Part shown: in pieces, positions 28,248 to 49,259 of the stretch
Numbering within the stretch: position 1 is the stretch's first letter
How the letters are laid out: each line of letters begins with the position of its first letter
NCBI RefSeq assembly: GCF_009914755.1
Contig: NC_060934.1
Direction: 5' to 3' (one strand)
DNA: 64,000 nucleotides
From: the human T2T-CHM13v2.0 reference genome, Homo sapiens
Notes under the pieces: model-generated
Database searches by the model: none
The model's input: only the letters and a program-made list of their open reading frames with translations
What the model was told of the DNA's origin: nothing
Program-made: the position numbers and the translations under genes

Positions 28248-30239
28248 TGCCTCCTCTGAAAACAAGTTAGCTAAAGGTGTACATTCCTTCTAGGTTCTCA
28301 TGATCAACAGATGTAAATGTTCACGGTGTTCAGATGAATTATGGACCCTAATGAGATTTCAATACTGAGCAAACAATAAAAATTTATGCATTGCATAGTT
28401 GCCGTGGCCTTTGGCTTCATGGCTAGTGTTCTACCTTTTCAACAGCTTCAGTAATATAATATCCAGCTGGCTTTGGAGGTAAGGAAAATTCGAAGGGAGA
28501 ATTGAAATTATGAGACATAATTTGATGGATTACTTTGTCAGAGTAATGCATGGCCTTGGCATAATTACCGTGGCCACCTTAACCCTGGAGGCAGGTGGTG
28601 ACAAAGGCCTGCAGGGCCTGGGTGCTGAGCCGATTCCAGCATGTGCTGCTGGCTCTCCCGGTCCCCAGAGTCCGGGGAGTCTAGGCACTCCTGAACAAAT
28701 GCCGAACAAGCACATTCCTGTCCTACTCCAACAAGCAAGAAGGACAGCCGAAGGGCCGCCTTCTCCCGAGAACTGTCATCTGTGTCAGAGTGAAAGGAAA
28801 GAAATAAAAGGCAGACCAACCTTGAAGCAAAATGGGGTGAGGACAAGGAAAAGGATGAATAATATCTTTTAAAGCAGAACATTTAAACACAAATGATGGG
28901 CACAGGCACACTAATCTTTTTTTCTCTTCTCGTGTTTTTTTATCAGTTCAGACCTTGAACTTAACGCATGTCTGCCTTGTACTTTATAACGTTCAAATCT
29001 TAACGTGATTAATAGCAGATTCCCCGTGTGTACGTGTCAGAGACCACATCTGTAGCAAATCTGCCGGTATATTCCTTACACTAGTTTTACTTTGGAGCCA
29101 TAAAGTAATTCCTGTTTTGTGAATGAGAATAAACCTATTATGCACTAATATAGCTACACCCAGCATCTGCTTTTCGAGGGGAAAAGAAATTGCCTATATG
29201 ATAGGGCAGCTCAAATTTCAGTGTTCTGAAGTGCTGTTCAGTGTGGCCTTCAGCAGTGAGAAACCACTCCTGCCTATTTCTTGCTTTTATTATGACAACA
29301 TAAATATATTTGCAGCATGTTGACAAACTCATTTGGAGTAAACAGAGTAGTCCTAATTGTAAGTTCTAATGTTTTAACGCTAAATTGGGCGATAAGTCAG
29401 TGTTTCAATGTGGCACAGTCAACCACACGTTTTCCAGAAATAGCCTTTGACACTTTTTAAAGCAAGTCAGTGGTGTACTTAGCCTGTTCACAAAAGGCTT
29501 CATTCTTGTCTACAAACGGCAAACCTCCCCTTCATCCCAGAGTGCCCAATTCAAGTGAGGTTGGAGAAAAATAGATACTTCCCCTGTTTTAAGGCATTTC
29601 TCCAACTGTTATGCTAGTCAAAACGAAAAAAATTTGGAGTATATGGGGAAAGCATGCCTAAGAAAGGTTATCTTGATTTTCATTTAACACACCCTCCCAC
29701 TGACTTTTTAAAAGGTCCATCGTACGTATTTCTGCATAGCTGAAAACACAGATTCCACCCTGGAGAGATCTCAGGGTTGTTCATGTTACACTCTGAAGCC
29801 ATGTGTTTTCACATCATGGCAAAACTCAAGATGTAGGCAGATCCCTTGGCCCCCGTTGGCTGTGGATTTTAGTCTTTTCATTGTTCTCTACTGTAAACTT
29901 ATACAGAAAAAGACCTCCATGCCCCTGAATATAAGCACAGCCAGTAATGTTTTCCCACACATGCCAGTGGTGTAGCTGAGCAGGACCCCAGAATGGTGGG
30001 AAAGGGAAGGAAGTGGGGGCAGAGGTCCATGAAGCCTGTAGATGGGAGCAAGGGGCTCACTGGGCTCCCCAGGAGCCTTCCTGAAGGCAGCCATTCCTTC
30101 AGAATCCTTGTCAGAGGAATGACCAGAGGCAATGCAGAGAAGCCCCTCCCCAACAAAGGCAGCTCTGGAGCTTGTAAGACTCTGCTACAAAGCCATAGAG
30201 GGGCTTTATTTTTATACTTGTCTGTACACACCTTTTTTT

Positions 30240-35640
<5,401 letters not shown>

Positions 35641-36815
35641 CCTCTTCGCTCATAGCTGGAAGTCCCCTGGTAGGAGGATTTTTGCTGGTCTGTAGAATGT
35701 GTTTGTAGAAAGTGTTTAGGATACCCTTGCAATGAAAGACCTCATCTTTGCGGATTTGGGCCTCTACTTCCCAGAATCCCAAAGACCCCTCCTCAAAGGG
35801 CATTTGGTGCTTGAGGTTCTCCAATACGGCAATGACCAGCTCTGCATGCTCTTGTTTCATTCCTTCCACCATCAGGGTGTAACTGCCAGGATCCCGTCTG
35901 CATGTGCTCACATGAGCTTTGAATCCAGGCAGCTCTTGGCCCATTAGCTGACCCAAAGGCAACAGGTGGGACCTGTTTTTGGCGGAACTGTTGAAGAAAA
36001 ATGCCCTAGTCATCAGGTTGTTTCACTTTCATTTATCTCTGTCATCTGGGAATACAATATAGATAGTATCAGGCGCAACAAAAGGTACATTCTGATATTA
36101 TTTTCAGTTTTTTGTCTAGACAGAGAAGACTAACCACTTGGATATCAGAAATGCCTACCACAAAAAATAAGAAAGACACGCTCAGCAAAAGGCCAGAGGG
36201 GGGTAGCACTGCTTGTTCACTTTCTCTCTATATATTCTTTTTTTAAAAAAGAAGAAAGTTTAAACCCCACCACCCACTCATCAGGTGATTGGAGACTATA
36301 GTTGTAAATATGTGCTGCAGGCAGAAGTTCTGAAAAATCCCAGAAAGTGTTGAAAACATCTCTAAACAAGGTATTTTTCTTCTGCACCTTTCTTGCTAAA
36401 GGTCCCAATTGCTGCCAAGAAAACTAGTGAGAATGTTAGCTGCCAAATAAAAAATTTATGACAGTGTTTGGCAAAGGACTATCTCGTTGCTTGTTTTATA
36501 CATTTCCACAAGGTGCTTGAAGGCAGCCTCCTTTTTTCTTCCCCCCACAGCACCCCCTCACTTTGGGTACGTATAACTTACACTGATCACTGTTCTGAGT
36601 CTGTTCTCTAATAAAAAAGCAAACTCCTGTAAAGTAAGATTAAACAATATAACTTTTTTTTTTTTTTGCTTCAGTAGCCTCCTAAAATGTGAGGGAAACA
36701 CTTTCAAATATGTTGTGTTGCATAGCAGGGGAAAAGAGATGCTGGGATTGCGTAGTTAGAATAGACACATTTATAGGAAAGGAATAAGAACCTTTCAATT
36801 AAAAACTGTGGACTC

Positions 36816-37300
<485 letters not shown>

Positions 37301-39096
37301 CCAAATGAGCTCTCCAGCCCAATGCTGCTGTTGTTTGTTGACATAATCACCCCTACACACACACCTAGGGCACGTTTTATGAGCATTGGAATTTTGAGTG
37401 ATTCTCCTTTATGAAAATTAAAACATTTCCTTCCCCAGAACTCTTCAAAAATCTAACTCATAAAAACCGAGTCAAGATACGGCAATGATACTACTGAAGT
37501 GGTATTGCCAGCCCGTATCAATGAAGCCTCCTGGCTGTGTCAGTGAATGTTTACATGAGCCTTTTAAAAGAGGGGAAAGGTGGGGACTGTATTTAGAAAA
37601 AAAGTTTTTTTGAACTGAGTTTGGATGTTGATGGTGATAATTACGTAGGCTGCTCAACACCCTGAAATATTTTGCCTGCCTGTCTGAGAAAGCAAAGTTA
37701 CATCTCAGTCTTTTCAAAATGCTGATCAGATTATGCTTTCAGTTGTTAATTGGTGCTGTTTAGCACATATTTCATCATCAGTCTCACTGACTCAAAAGCC
37801 TGTGATGCACTCTTGTTCCTTGCCTCGCCTGGCTCTGTTACAGGCATCTGCAGTAATTGTCGCACACTCGGTGAAGTGGAAGCACAGGGCTGGGGCTGAG
37901 GCTGCCTTTTGCCGTGGCTGTGTTAAGGAAGCCAGTGTTATTTGATATAAAGTGCTGCGGACAGACCGGGAGTAAGCGGATTATTTCAGACAGCGTTAGG
38001 AGGTAACCGGAGGAAGATTAGCTCAACATGAGGCAGATATCATAAGCAAATTAGAAAACCTCCCCAATTAGTACAAGAAACCCAGATTTGTGCTGTTTGT
38101 GATCTTCTGCTGAAAGGCAAAGTGTCGATGTTATGGGCTCTGGCCTTGATTCAAGTTGAAATGTTGGCATTTCCTATCAGTGCATGTTAGCATCTGAGGC
38201 TGTATACTGGCCTAATAAATGAAGTAAATTCCCGTTCTCCTGCACTGCTAAGTATTCCCCATTCCAAGGTTCTATACATTGGGTAATGTTTTACTTGGCC
38301 CTGGAATAATCTCTAGGGCATATTATAATGTTTCTATACTGGGAATATTCAACATGACTCCAATGTACCACACTTAATCTCTCTTTTGTTTGTTTGTCTT
38401 GTGGAACATGTATCATGCTGAAGTCATAAAAATGAAGTGTGCAAAATGCCAGATGCTACAAACGCAATTAGATACTTAAAAATAGCTTCCTTGGTGGCAC
38501 TGCTTGAACTCTGAACTGGGCCTTGTTTTTACAAACAGGGTGGCGCTTTTCTGCTATGCTCCTGATTGTGTGCTCCGATAGGAGGCACGGCTCTGCTTCT
38601 AAGGCCATCAGGCAAACCATCAGATTGTTCTAGAATCAGACTAGGTGCTGATGTTTTACAACATCATTGCAGTTGCAGGCATGAGGTTTTTCTCTCCAGG
38701 TGCACTGTGTACCCTCCTGCTTCTTGACCTCTGATGGTTTGCAGTCAAGCTGTGTCGGCAAAAGCCCTCAACCGACTGAGTCTGACCTGTATAAAGAAGA
38801 TGAAGTGCCCACACCCCTCACCCCTCACTTTTTAAGTTCTAAATGTATTCCACATAAACTTTTATTTCACCAGAACTCAAACAACCACAAAGCTCAGAAT
38901 TTATTTTACAGTTTTATTCAAGGAAAAAGGTGATGTTTTTGTACTGTGGGGAAGAGGGGGCTGGATCATATTTTCTGATTATAGAAACAGTACATATTTA
39001 TTACCCCAAAATTTGCAAAATTCAAATCAAAATGCAAAATGCAAAAAAAAATTGTAAAATTCAAAAAATCAGAGATTTTTAAAAAATCATGATCCT

Positions 39097-39448
<352 letters not shown>

Positions 39449-39989
39449 TTACATTTCAATGTATATCTTTCCGATTTCTGTTTTACATTTATATATGTAG
39501 TTTTTGCAAAATTCAGATCATACTATACGTACTATTTGTAACCCTTGCTTTTTACATAATATATTATCAGCAAGAAAATTAGTGGTCCTAATGATGACTA
39601 GGATAGGGTCAGATTCTGTTAAACTTTCTGAATCATCAAAAACAAATTTATTCAATATAGTCTTAATAATAATTCTGCTTTTGTATAAGTTTTTCTTTGA
39701 AAATTATCAGTACCCAAAGAGCATTCGTGACAACCCTCAACTCACCGATATTATATGAAATATTATCATATTACCATATTCCTTTGAGGAGGACATTGCG
39801 TTTTCTCTTCTTTTACACGTGTGATCTAATTTCAGCATCACGAGAACCCATGAGATAGGAAAAAAGGACAGATGTTGTTGTCCCTGACTTTAATCATAAA
39901 TGCAAAGTGACTCACCTGGCATCATAGCCGTTTGGAACTACAGCTAGAAAGCAAGACATTCTGTGACTTGTTATTTTCCTCACTGTTGT

Positions 39990-40190
39990 ATTGCATGTGG
40001 TCTTTGACATCAGATCCGATTTTAAATACCAGCTTTTCCACCAACTAGCTGTGTGATCTTGGCTAACTTAACTCTCTAAGCCTCAGTCTCCTCCTCTGGA
40101 AAATGGGAACATTGACACCTTTGCCATAGATTTGGTATGAGGATTAAATAAAATAATTTGAGTGAAGGACTTAGGATAGTAGAAGTCACT
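39990..40190 (+). mobile_element. MIR (an opposite-strand MIR fragment lies at ~39810-39960)
   Basis: ACTAGCTGTGTGATCTTGG...AAGCCTCAGTCTCCTCCTCTGGAAAATGGG...TGAGGATTAAAT. Confidence 0.75.
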
Positions 40191-40205
40191 AAAAAAAATT
40201 TTTAA

Positions 40206-40557
<352 letters not shown>

Positions 40558-40938
40558 CCCTCTTACTCTCTTATAACACTGTGAATAAATTAGTCTATTA
40601 TGTTTCTTTTATTCAATATACTGAATTTTTAGTTTAGCATTATTTTAAATAATTATTATATATGTAATAAGATACGGTAATTCAAGAAAGTGTAGAAATA
40701 CATAAAGATAGAAAAAACACCCACCACCCGAGTATAAACACCATTAACACTTGGCTGCGTTTCCTTCCAGTTCTTTTTCTTTCTGTGCAAAGACTTGCTG
40801 TTAGTTCAACTAGTGTTTTGAACTAATGAAAGCTAGACAGTCGTTAAGCCTTGTGTTCTGATTATAAAAGAGGTGCCCCCTTGAAATCCCACTTGGATTG
40901 CCAAGAAGCCAATATGGGGGATCTAAAAGCTGTCACGG

Positions 40939-41248
<310 letters not shown>

Positions 41249-44200
41249 GGCTGTCATGTGTCTGCAAGGGGTGTGAGAAGGTCTCAAGAACCTAAGGCAT
41301 CCAAGTGAACTGATGAATTCCCAACCCACTGATCTCGTGGTCTAAGAGCAATTCAAGTAAAATGCAGCCCACCTCTTCACAAAACTGGCTCCTCTCATAT
41401 AAAAGAGGTTCTGGACAAGCAGAGGCCACCATCTGTCAGGCCCCAGGTTGGCCCTGGTGTGGGCAAGTCCTTGGAAGAATCACTATACTAGAGTATCTTC
41501 AAACCCTGGGAGGGAAAAGTTCTTCCTGGGCCTGTAAAAGGCATTCTGTTTAGGCTGAAAGGAAATTTCCTACAGCCAAGCGTCTCCTGTCAGCTAATTT
41601 GATAGTTCTCTATCAAGTAAACCATTAGTGAATACATTGATCCTTTTTTTCCCCCTTTCTGCAGTTCTGCCTTGGCTATTCCCAAGATTTCTCTGAACCA
41701 GTTGGGCAAAATTGATTTTTATTAGTTCCACTGGCCTTGTGGAAAATTATCTCATGAACTGGTTTTTATAGGAAGACTCAAAGCATAGCACAGGGTAAAA
41801 AATAAGCCTATAGCAGTCAAAACTGTTGTCTGAAATGTCTTCAGACTGGAAGGCTGAATTTATTGCACAAAACAAGTACTAGCAAGGCGGAGGTGTGCAG
41901 TCCTGCTCATTATCACTGGAAAGGGGAACCAAAAAGCGGAGTAAAAAATTAAATTTTAATAATGCCAGTGATATTTTCTAAATCTTTCCTGACAGAAAGA
42001 TTCTCATTATTTTTATCTGTCTCCGAGTAGGTTCTTTTAGTGCCATCTCAGAAATGGCCTCAGCTATGATTGTTTTCCAGGCTTTAAAGCATCTAAAAAA
42101 ACAAATATATACAGAGAGAAATATGCTTTAGATTGTTCGAGGAAGGGCCGTGACCGTGGCAACATCCCGGCTAGTGTATTTGCAGCCAACATTTGCTGGG
42201 AACGCCTGCAGCTTTCACAAAAGAGGTCCATGTCGTTAAGACAATTGCTGTAAATCCCCCAAACAAAGGGGACCCACCATCCACTGCAGTTGGCTACAGG
42301 AGGAGCCCAGGGGCCCCGAGTCCCAAGTTTGGGTTCATTCTAGAAACCTCTCTATGCTGGCCATGAAAGGAGATTCAAGAAAAAAAAAATTAAGATACCC
42401 TATTATTTTGGTAAATGTGAAAACTCATATTCCAAGTATGATATGATACAGAATTTTTGGGGATAGGAGGGAAACTAAAGGCAGAATCATTAAAGTAGCC
42501 AATCTGTGATGACGTGAGGATTTTTTTTTGTTTGTTTTCTCACCTTTTTAGTGCCTGTGTATGAACCTGTCTTGGTCCCAAAAGGAATTAGAGCATTTAC
42601 CTAAATATATGCAACACAATAAGATTGAATATTTACAAAAGAAGTAACGGGGAGGCTAGTACACAAACTGTGGAATCGCCTATACATTTGTAAGAGGTGG
42701 CCCACAGATCTCTCTCTGAGCGTTCTGGCAGCTGACTTGGAGAGGGCAATTGTTTCAGCTACGTGAGTCAGTATCTGTGAGATAGAAACTCAGCCTTTTC
42801 CCCTGCTCTGATGAGAGAGAACACTTTGTCGTGGGACCTCTTCGCAGGGACACACACTGTGCAGGTTAGTAAACACCAGGCCAAAGCTTCCTTCCAGGGA
42901 GCACAGTGAGCCCTGCAGGGCGCTCTGACCATCCTCCTTTCCTCAGGCTGGCGGTGTTAGGTCAGTGCGGCTGTGAACCAAAGCAACGCTGTGCAGGTGG
43001 GACCCTCAGGGGGCTCCGCTGCTCCAGGGTCGACTTCAGAGCCTCCAGCAGGAGAGGTGGACCCCAGTTCACTAGGCTCCTCAGCCAACACTGTCTCTCA
43101 GTTGGGCTTTCAACACGTCTTCCACAGGAGAGAATTTCAGGTTGTTCCCTTTGCTGAGGACCTGGAGTGGAAACACCTTATTATTGGTACTTAGGGGCCA
43201 TCCTGTTGTCTAGTAACTAATTAGGGGGTCAGATATCACCCTCATCTGTGAAAATTAAGGCCAGGGAGCTTGAAGGGAGTGTCCCCAAAGAATGACAGAG
43301 TGAAAGGTCGCTGTCTCTTTGCAAGACACAGGCTGCCTTTTGACTTAGTCTGTATGAAGATCCCTCCTAATTCATGGGTGATTTTCCTACTCATTGCTGC
43401 CAAATACAGGACCTGAGAGAGTGATCAAAGGCCACACTACTCCTTGGCAACTAGTTTTCTTTATCTTCATCAAATCCACAAATACGGTTCTTGGTGCCCA
43501 TCCTCAAGGGTGCTGGGTTCTCATATGTTTACTGCCATTTTAAAGATGGATAAACTGAGGCACTATTTGTTCTCCGGAAGATCACACAGCAAATTGTATG
43601 TAGAGGCAACCCTACAAGGCTGCCTTTGCTCCTCATCCTCCAAGAGAGACCTCTGGCTTTCCCATTCCAGGCCTCCTGACCTATAACACGCTGCATAGAA
43701 AATGCACACCATCCTCCCCTAGAGTCACCAGCTGGGCTTTTCCAGCCACGTGCTGCAGACCATGCCAAGGTCAGGGGGCTGCAGATGTGTGGTCCAGCCC
43801 TGATCTCTGCTTATGCTTCTCGTGAGAGTCCATGAGGCGCGCACAGGCTGGTTTCTGGCTCCTGTTGACCCCTCCCTGGCCTTTGACTCCACGGTTAGGA
43901 ATCGGTTATGGGCTAAGTTGGATGATCTCAGTGTAGACCCTAGTTATTGATGCTGCCACAGAGGCTGAACTTCAGGCTTCTGAGAGCCGCAGGGGTCAAG
44001 AGGGCTGGGCTTTTCCTGCCTCCAAGGGAATCTCCAGGAGGGTAAGGCAGGGATGCGCTCACCACCACTCCCTCTTCCTTTTAATTTCTTCCTTAGTAAC
44101 TAGTCAGAGGTCGCAGACTGAAGGCCCACAGGGTGAGTCTACCCCACAGATGTGCTTTCTTTGGCCATCCAGTGTTTTGGAAAACTTTGACTTTGTTGCC

Positions 44201-44744
44201 AATATTTAAAACTTGGGAGATTTCACAAAGAGAACACCATTTCTGGCTTATCTTGGCAAATCAGAAGGTCTCAGTCCCAGCAGCAGTCAGCAGCAGCCCC
44301 TCGCTTTAGAAAAAGGGCAGATGCCCCTGTTCTCCCAGTCCCTGCCCCTGATGCCTACAGCCTGCAGACTGGATCTCCCCCACCCTCACAGGACTTTCTT
44401 CCTTGGTTAGAGGGAAGGATATGTCTTCCCAGGCTGGCAGGTGATGTGGCTTCACCTGCACAAACCTGGGGGCTCTGTTATCTGATCGTTACCCCACCCC
44501 ACCCTCCTCCCAGCCTAAGAACCCAGAGTTCACCTGCGCAGATCTGATTAATGCTGCTTTGGGGTATGTGAAGTCAGTTTAAGATTATGAAGGAGATATC
44601 ACAAGTTTGAATAGACAGCACACTCTGCAGCGGTCTCATTCAGTGTCCAACTAAGAAAACAGAGCAGCCCAGGGCTTAGCCACAGCAGGGCACCCCTCCA
44701 CCTGGGCTGGGGGGACTAGACAAGGAGCAGTGGCCCTGGAGCCC

Positions 44745-44806
44745 AGAGAGAGAGAGAGAGAGAGAGTTCTGATGTTAGAGAGAGAGAGAGAGAGTTCTGA
44801 TGTTAG
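44745..44806 (+). repeat. Compound tandem repeat [(AG)n TTCTGATGTT] x2
   Basis: (AG)11 TTCTGATGTT (AG)9 TTCTGATGTT AG. Confidence 0.92.
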
Positions 44807-45319
44807 GATCTAGAAAACGTAACCACATCCCTCAAAAGTTGGCAGAGATGCAGGTGGCTGATAAGCCTCTGCCAAAATGTTTGTCCTTCCTGACATCAGG
44901 AAAGAAAAAGGTGTTAAATAAATGACTATTAAGTGGTAAGTATCGAATGTCAGATCTTAGAGGAAAATAAAGCCCATCACAAAAGCCAAGGCAGCCGAGT
45001 CTTCACCAATATGTTCCAGGAGAGGCATCTTGGCCGTCAACGAGTATCCCCAGAGAAGCTCACAGAGCTGCAGAGGAGCTGAAGGCAGGGATTCCAGGCG
45101 AGTAGCTCAGCCTGGACCGGACAATCCAAGCTAATCAGGACCAAGGCCAGATGTGCCCTGTTGAGCCCTGGGCATCTGCAGGAATCTGAGAAGGGATTTG
45201 TAGGCTTTCAGAACAAGGCACCTGAGGCAGGAGGCTGCCTGCATGTGGGGGTACAGCCAGACAAGGAGGAGTTTCCAGAAGTAATGTGGGGAGATGGGTG
45301 AGTATGATAGGAGTGGAGT

Positions 45320-45792
45320 AATAATAGTTCCTATAGTTATTTATTGAGCAACTACCATTGGCCAGGCACTGATCTAAGCACTTCACATTGAATTAAGCCA
45401 TTTATTTACTAATGTAATTCATTAACAGAATGCTGCTATTATTGGCCCCATTTTACCAATAGAGGGAAAGCAGAGCGTTGATTCTTTGGAGCGTGCCAAT
45501 TCCTTATATTGGTACTGTTTTCTTTCATAGAGACCTGATGGTAGATTGTTCACTCTTTATTTTGCCCAGTAGGAAAGAGTAATTTCCAATGAGAGACTAC
45601 ATTTCTAATGTCCAAGGAAAGACACTGGTACATCTTCTCCTACTATCACTGCATAAATAAAGAACATTTTCATTTTCACACTAAAACAGTCAAGAGGATG
45701 TAATCTCAGAGAAGGAATGCAGTAACTTAACCAATGCTGTACAACTGGTGTGTGGTAGATCCTAGATTCGAATCCAAGCAGTTTGGCTCCAA
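45320..45792 (-). mobile_element. MIR split by a ~240-bp non-MIR insertion
   Basis: ATTTATTGAGCAACTACC...CCCCATTTTACC (45340-45457) resumes as CTCAGAGAAGG...AGTAACTT...GATTCGAATCCAAGCAGTTTGGCTCCA (45705-45791). Confidence 0.7.
45472..45713 (+). repeat. Dispersed direct repeat, copy 1
   Basis: Core AGATTGTTCACTCTTTATTTTGCCCAGTAGGAAAGAGTAATTTCCAATGAGAGACTACATTTCTAATGTCCAAGGAAAGACACTGG matches 47572-47656. Confidence 0.85.
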
Positions 45793-46785
45793 AAATGAGG
45801 GTGGTTGCTCAACCTCCACGTGAATGTAGTATGTGGCTTCTCTGGAGGCTGAAAAGGATGAGGGACCTTCAGAAAAGAGCTTGGTGGGTTACTAGTTCAG
45901 AAGAGCAGTAAGTTTGCTTCTCAATAAAGGGTTAGGACCCAGTGGGGGTGGAGAACCTTCTCGAGCAGATCTTCCCAGGATGGCCAGCAGGAGGTGGGAG
46001 GGTGAGGAGTACTTAAAGCTGGGGGTTGGGGAGGGGTCATCCTGGCCCAGACACCAATCACGTCTGCCCTGGGCTGAGACCTTTCGGCCACCTCTGGAGT
46101 GGGCCTGGCCTTTTCCCTGGGTAGGCCTGAGCCATCAGATCTAGGTCCTAATACTTAACATAATTATAAAGATTCAATGACATCTTGTATGCAATAAACC
46201 AGAAAAAGATACTCTCTTTTTAAGACTGTCCGGAAGTTATATTGCTCTTCACAACCCTTGCAGAAAATACTTGGGAGAGCTTCCTTTATTACCATTTCGT
46301 GGATGGGGAAACTCAAGGACCCGTAGTCCTTTCCCAGATTCGCACAGTGAGTCTAGCTAGTTCTTCCATCTGATTTTCTTTCTGTCTAGAACTCTATTCC
46401 AACAGATCCACTACAATAAATCTTCAGCAGACCTGAATCTTTCTATAGTGTATCCCCTCACCCATATGTTATGTAAAAATAAAAAATCGTGTGGTACCAG
46501 GTCATTGGCAGCTCCCAGAGAACACTTGCCATTCTTTCTGTCTCATACTCTTTGGTGAGGGATCAGGTGATCACGCATTTACCTAGAAGAGATAAATTGA
46601 GCCCCTTAAAAGGCTGAAAGAAAACAGGCAGTGTGCCAGTGATTGAGGAAAGCTGATGAAATATGCTGCAGAATAAAATGAATATTACCTTAGTAATGTA
46701 CTGTGTATTTACATTAGGCACTAAGTGAAGAATCGGTTGACTTTGGTTAATCAGTGCCCTGCACTACCAACACAAATAAACTTGC

Positions 46786-47078
46786 AGCTGGGTGTGGTGG
46801 CTCACACCTGTGATCCCAACACTTTGGGAGCCCAAGGCAGGAGGATCGCTGGAGCCCGGGAATTTGAGACCAGCCTGGGTAACACAGGGAGACCCATCTC
46901 TACTAAAAAAAATTTTAAATTAGCCAGGCATAGTGGCATGCACCTGTGGTCCCAGCTATTTGGGAGGCTGAGGCAGATCACTTGAGCCCAGGAGGTTGAG
47001 GCTGTGGTGAGCAGTGCCATGGCACTCCAGCCTGGGCAACAGGGAGACACCTTGTCTCAAAAAATAAACATATAAATA
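46786..47078 (+). mobile_element. AluJ-type
   Basis: Dimeric Alu with J diagnostics. Confidence 0.92.
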
Positions 47079-47229
47079 AGTTTGTGTACTCAATGACTGT
47101 GTCTATAGAAAATAATGTGAAGATGTCCAAGACTCTTCTATCAAAGAACCAAGGAGGATCTAGTAAAGATTCTAAGACACACGATTATATAAATAATGAT
47201 CTGTATGCCATACGGTGGTAGAAGATGGG

Positions 47230-47360
47230 GCTGGAGAAGTGGGTTGAGGCTTCGGTTTCCTCCTCTGTAAAAATGGGGATGATAATAGGCCCCAGCTCAT
47301 AGGGTTGTTGTGAGGGTTCAGGCACAGTGTATAAAATGCCAGAACAGCACCTGGCCTGGA
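47230..47360 (+). mobile_element. MIR
   Basis: GGTTTCCTCCTCTGTAAAAATGGGGATGATAATAG...CTCATAGGGTTGTTGTGAGG. Confidence 0.8.
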
Positions 47361-47477
47361 GTAAAGCCCAGCCAACCTGAGCTGCTCATGCAGGCATCCC
47401 TGCTGCCATGGCTGCAGCTGTCCTCACTGCAGTGGATGTTGCTGCAGCCGCATTCTCTAGAAGAATCACCAAAGAGT

Positions 47478-47747
47478 AGAGCCGGGTTGGATTTTCTAGC
47501 CCCATGCTTTACAGATGTTCAGATTTCTTGGAATGGACCTTTTTGTTTTTTTTAAGTACAGGCCTATTGGAAGATTGTCCACTATTTATTTCGCCAAGTA
47601 AGAGAAAGTAATTTCCAAGGGAGACTACATTTCCAATGTCCAAAGAAGGACACTGGGGAAAAACCCTGCCATCTACTGTCATCATCACTCCATAAAACAA
47701 GGGACATTTTGACACTGAAACAGTGGAAAGGGCATGTTCTCAGAGAA
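47478..47747 (+). repeat. Dispersed direct repeat, copy 2
   Basis: Aligns with 45472-45713. Confidence 0.85.
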
Positions 47748-47881
47748 AAGAGCAGCCTCGAAATTGAGTAATCTTGGTTTTAAGAAAAAAGCTACTTTCT
47801 AATGTTACTCTTCTTTTCCCACTTCAGCCTTGGCCTGGAGTTAGGGGCCACTTTTCCCAGTCGTCCCATGCCCCCTCTTCA

Positions 47882-48200
<319 letters not shown>

Positions 48201-48438
48201 TAGAGAGAAGTGAGTTTGGGTTGGGCTCATTAAGAGGTGGGGCCACTGATGGATTTGAGTTGCCGTCAGGTACAGACACCGTTAGAGGCAGTGGCCGCTT
48301 GAATGAGAAAGAGTGTGATAGTGAAACAAGAGTGGACGTGGGGCCGGAAGGCCTGGCTGTGCCGCAGATGGCTGACCCTGGGCATATCTCTTCCCCTCTC
48401 ACAGCCTCAGTGTCCTCAACTCTAAAATGAAGAATCTA

Positions 48439-48612
<174 letters not shown>

Positions 48613-49259
48613 TTAGACTAGGGCATGGAGGCCTTTTCCAGGTCTAGCCATCTACAGACCTGTGAGGAGTTAAATATACCTTGCATTTCTAGAACATCCT
48701 TATTTAATTCTCTTCAAGTTCTTTCCAAGCCCTTTGATTGAAGTGAGCTGCCTTGATCCTATCTGGGAGTCTGCAGCCAGCAAAGCCGCTCTGCAGGCCC
48801 CCTGCCATTGTCAAGTCCATATTTAAGAATGGCAGTGGCCGTGGTGCCCAGGCTGAAATTTGCTGTACACATTTGGCAACATAGAGTGCAATGTAACTAC
48901 ACATTACTGATCTAAACCCATCGGACTTATCAGTGGGCTCTGACAGGTACTTGTTGGCTGCCTTCCCAGGCTGGGAAGGTATCCCGGAGCCAGCCAATGT
49001 GATGCCCTCCCCTCCCTTTTGATGTTTATGGGAGAGAAGGCTCGGCTGTGCTCAGGAGACTGTCAGCATGAGGCCCAGATGGATACCAGCCTGTGGGAAC
49101 CAGAAGCCTGGCAGGCTTGGGAAGCAGCAGCTTCCTGGATTCCTGCCCCCACCTTCCCATCCAGCCACTGGAAGTTTCCTAGGCAGCTTCTCCAGCCTCT
49201 GACAACCAGTGCCTCTCACCTTTCCTGAAATACCATCTCCTTTTACAGAATGATTTGCC

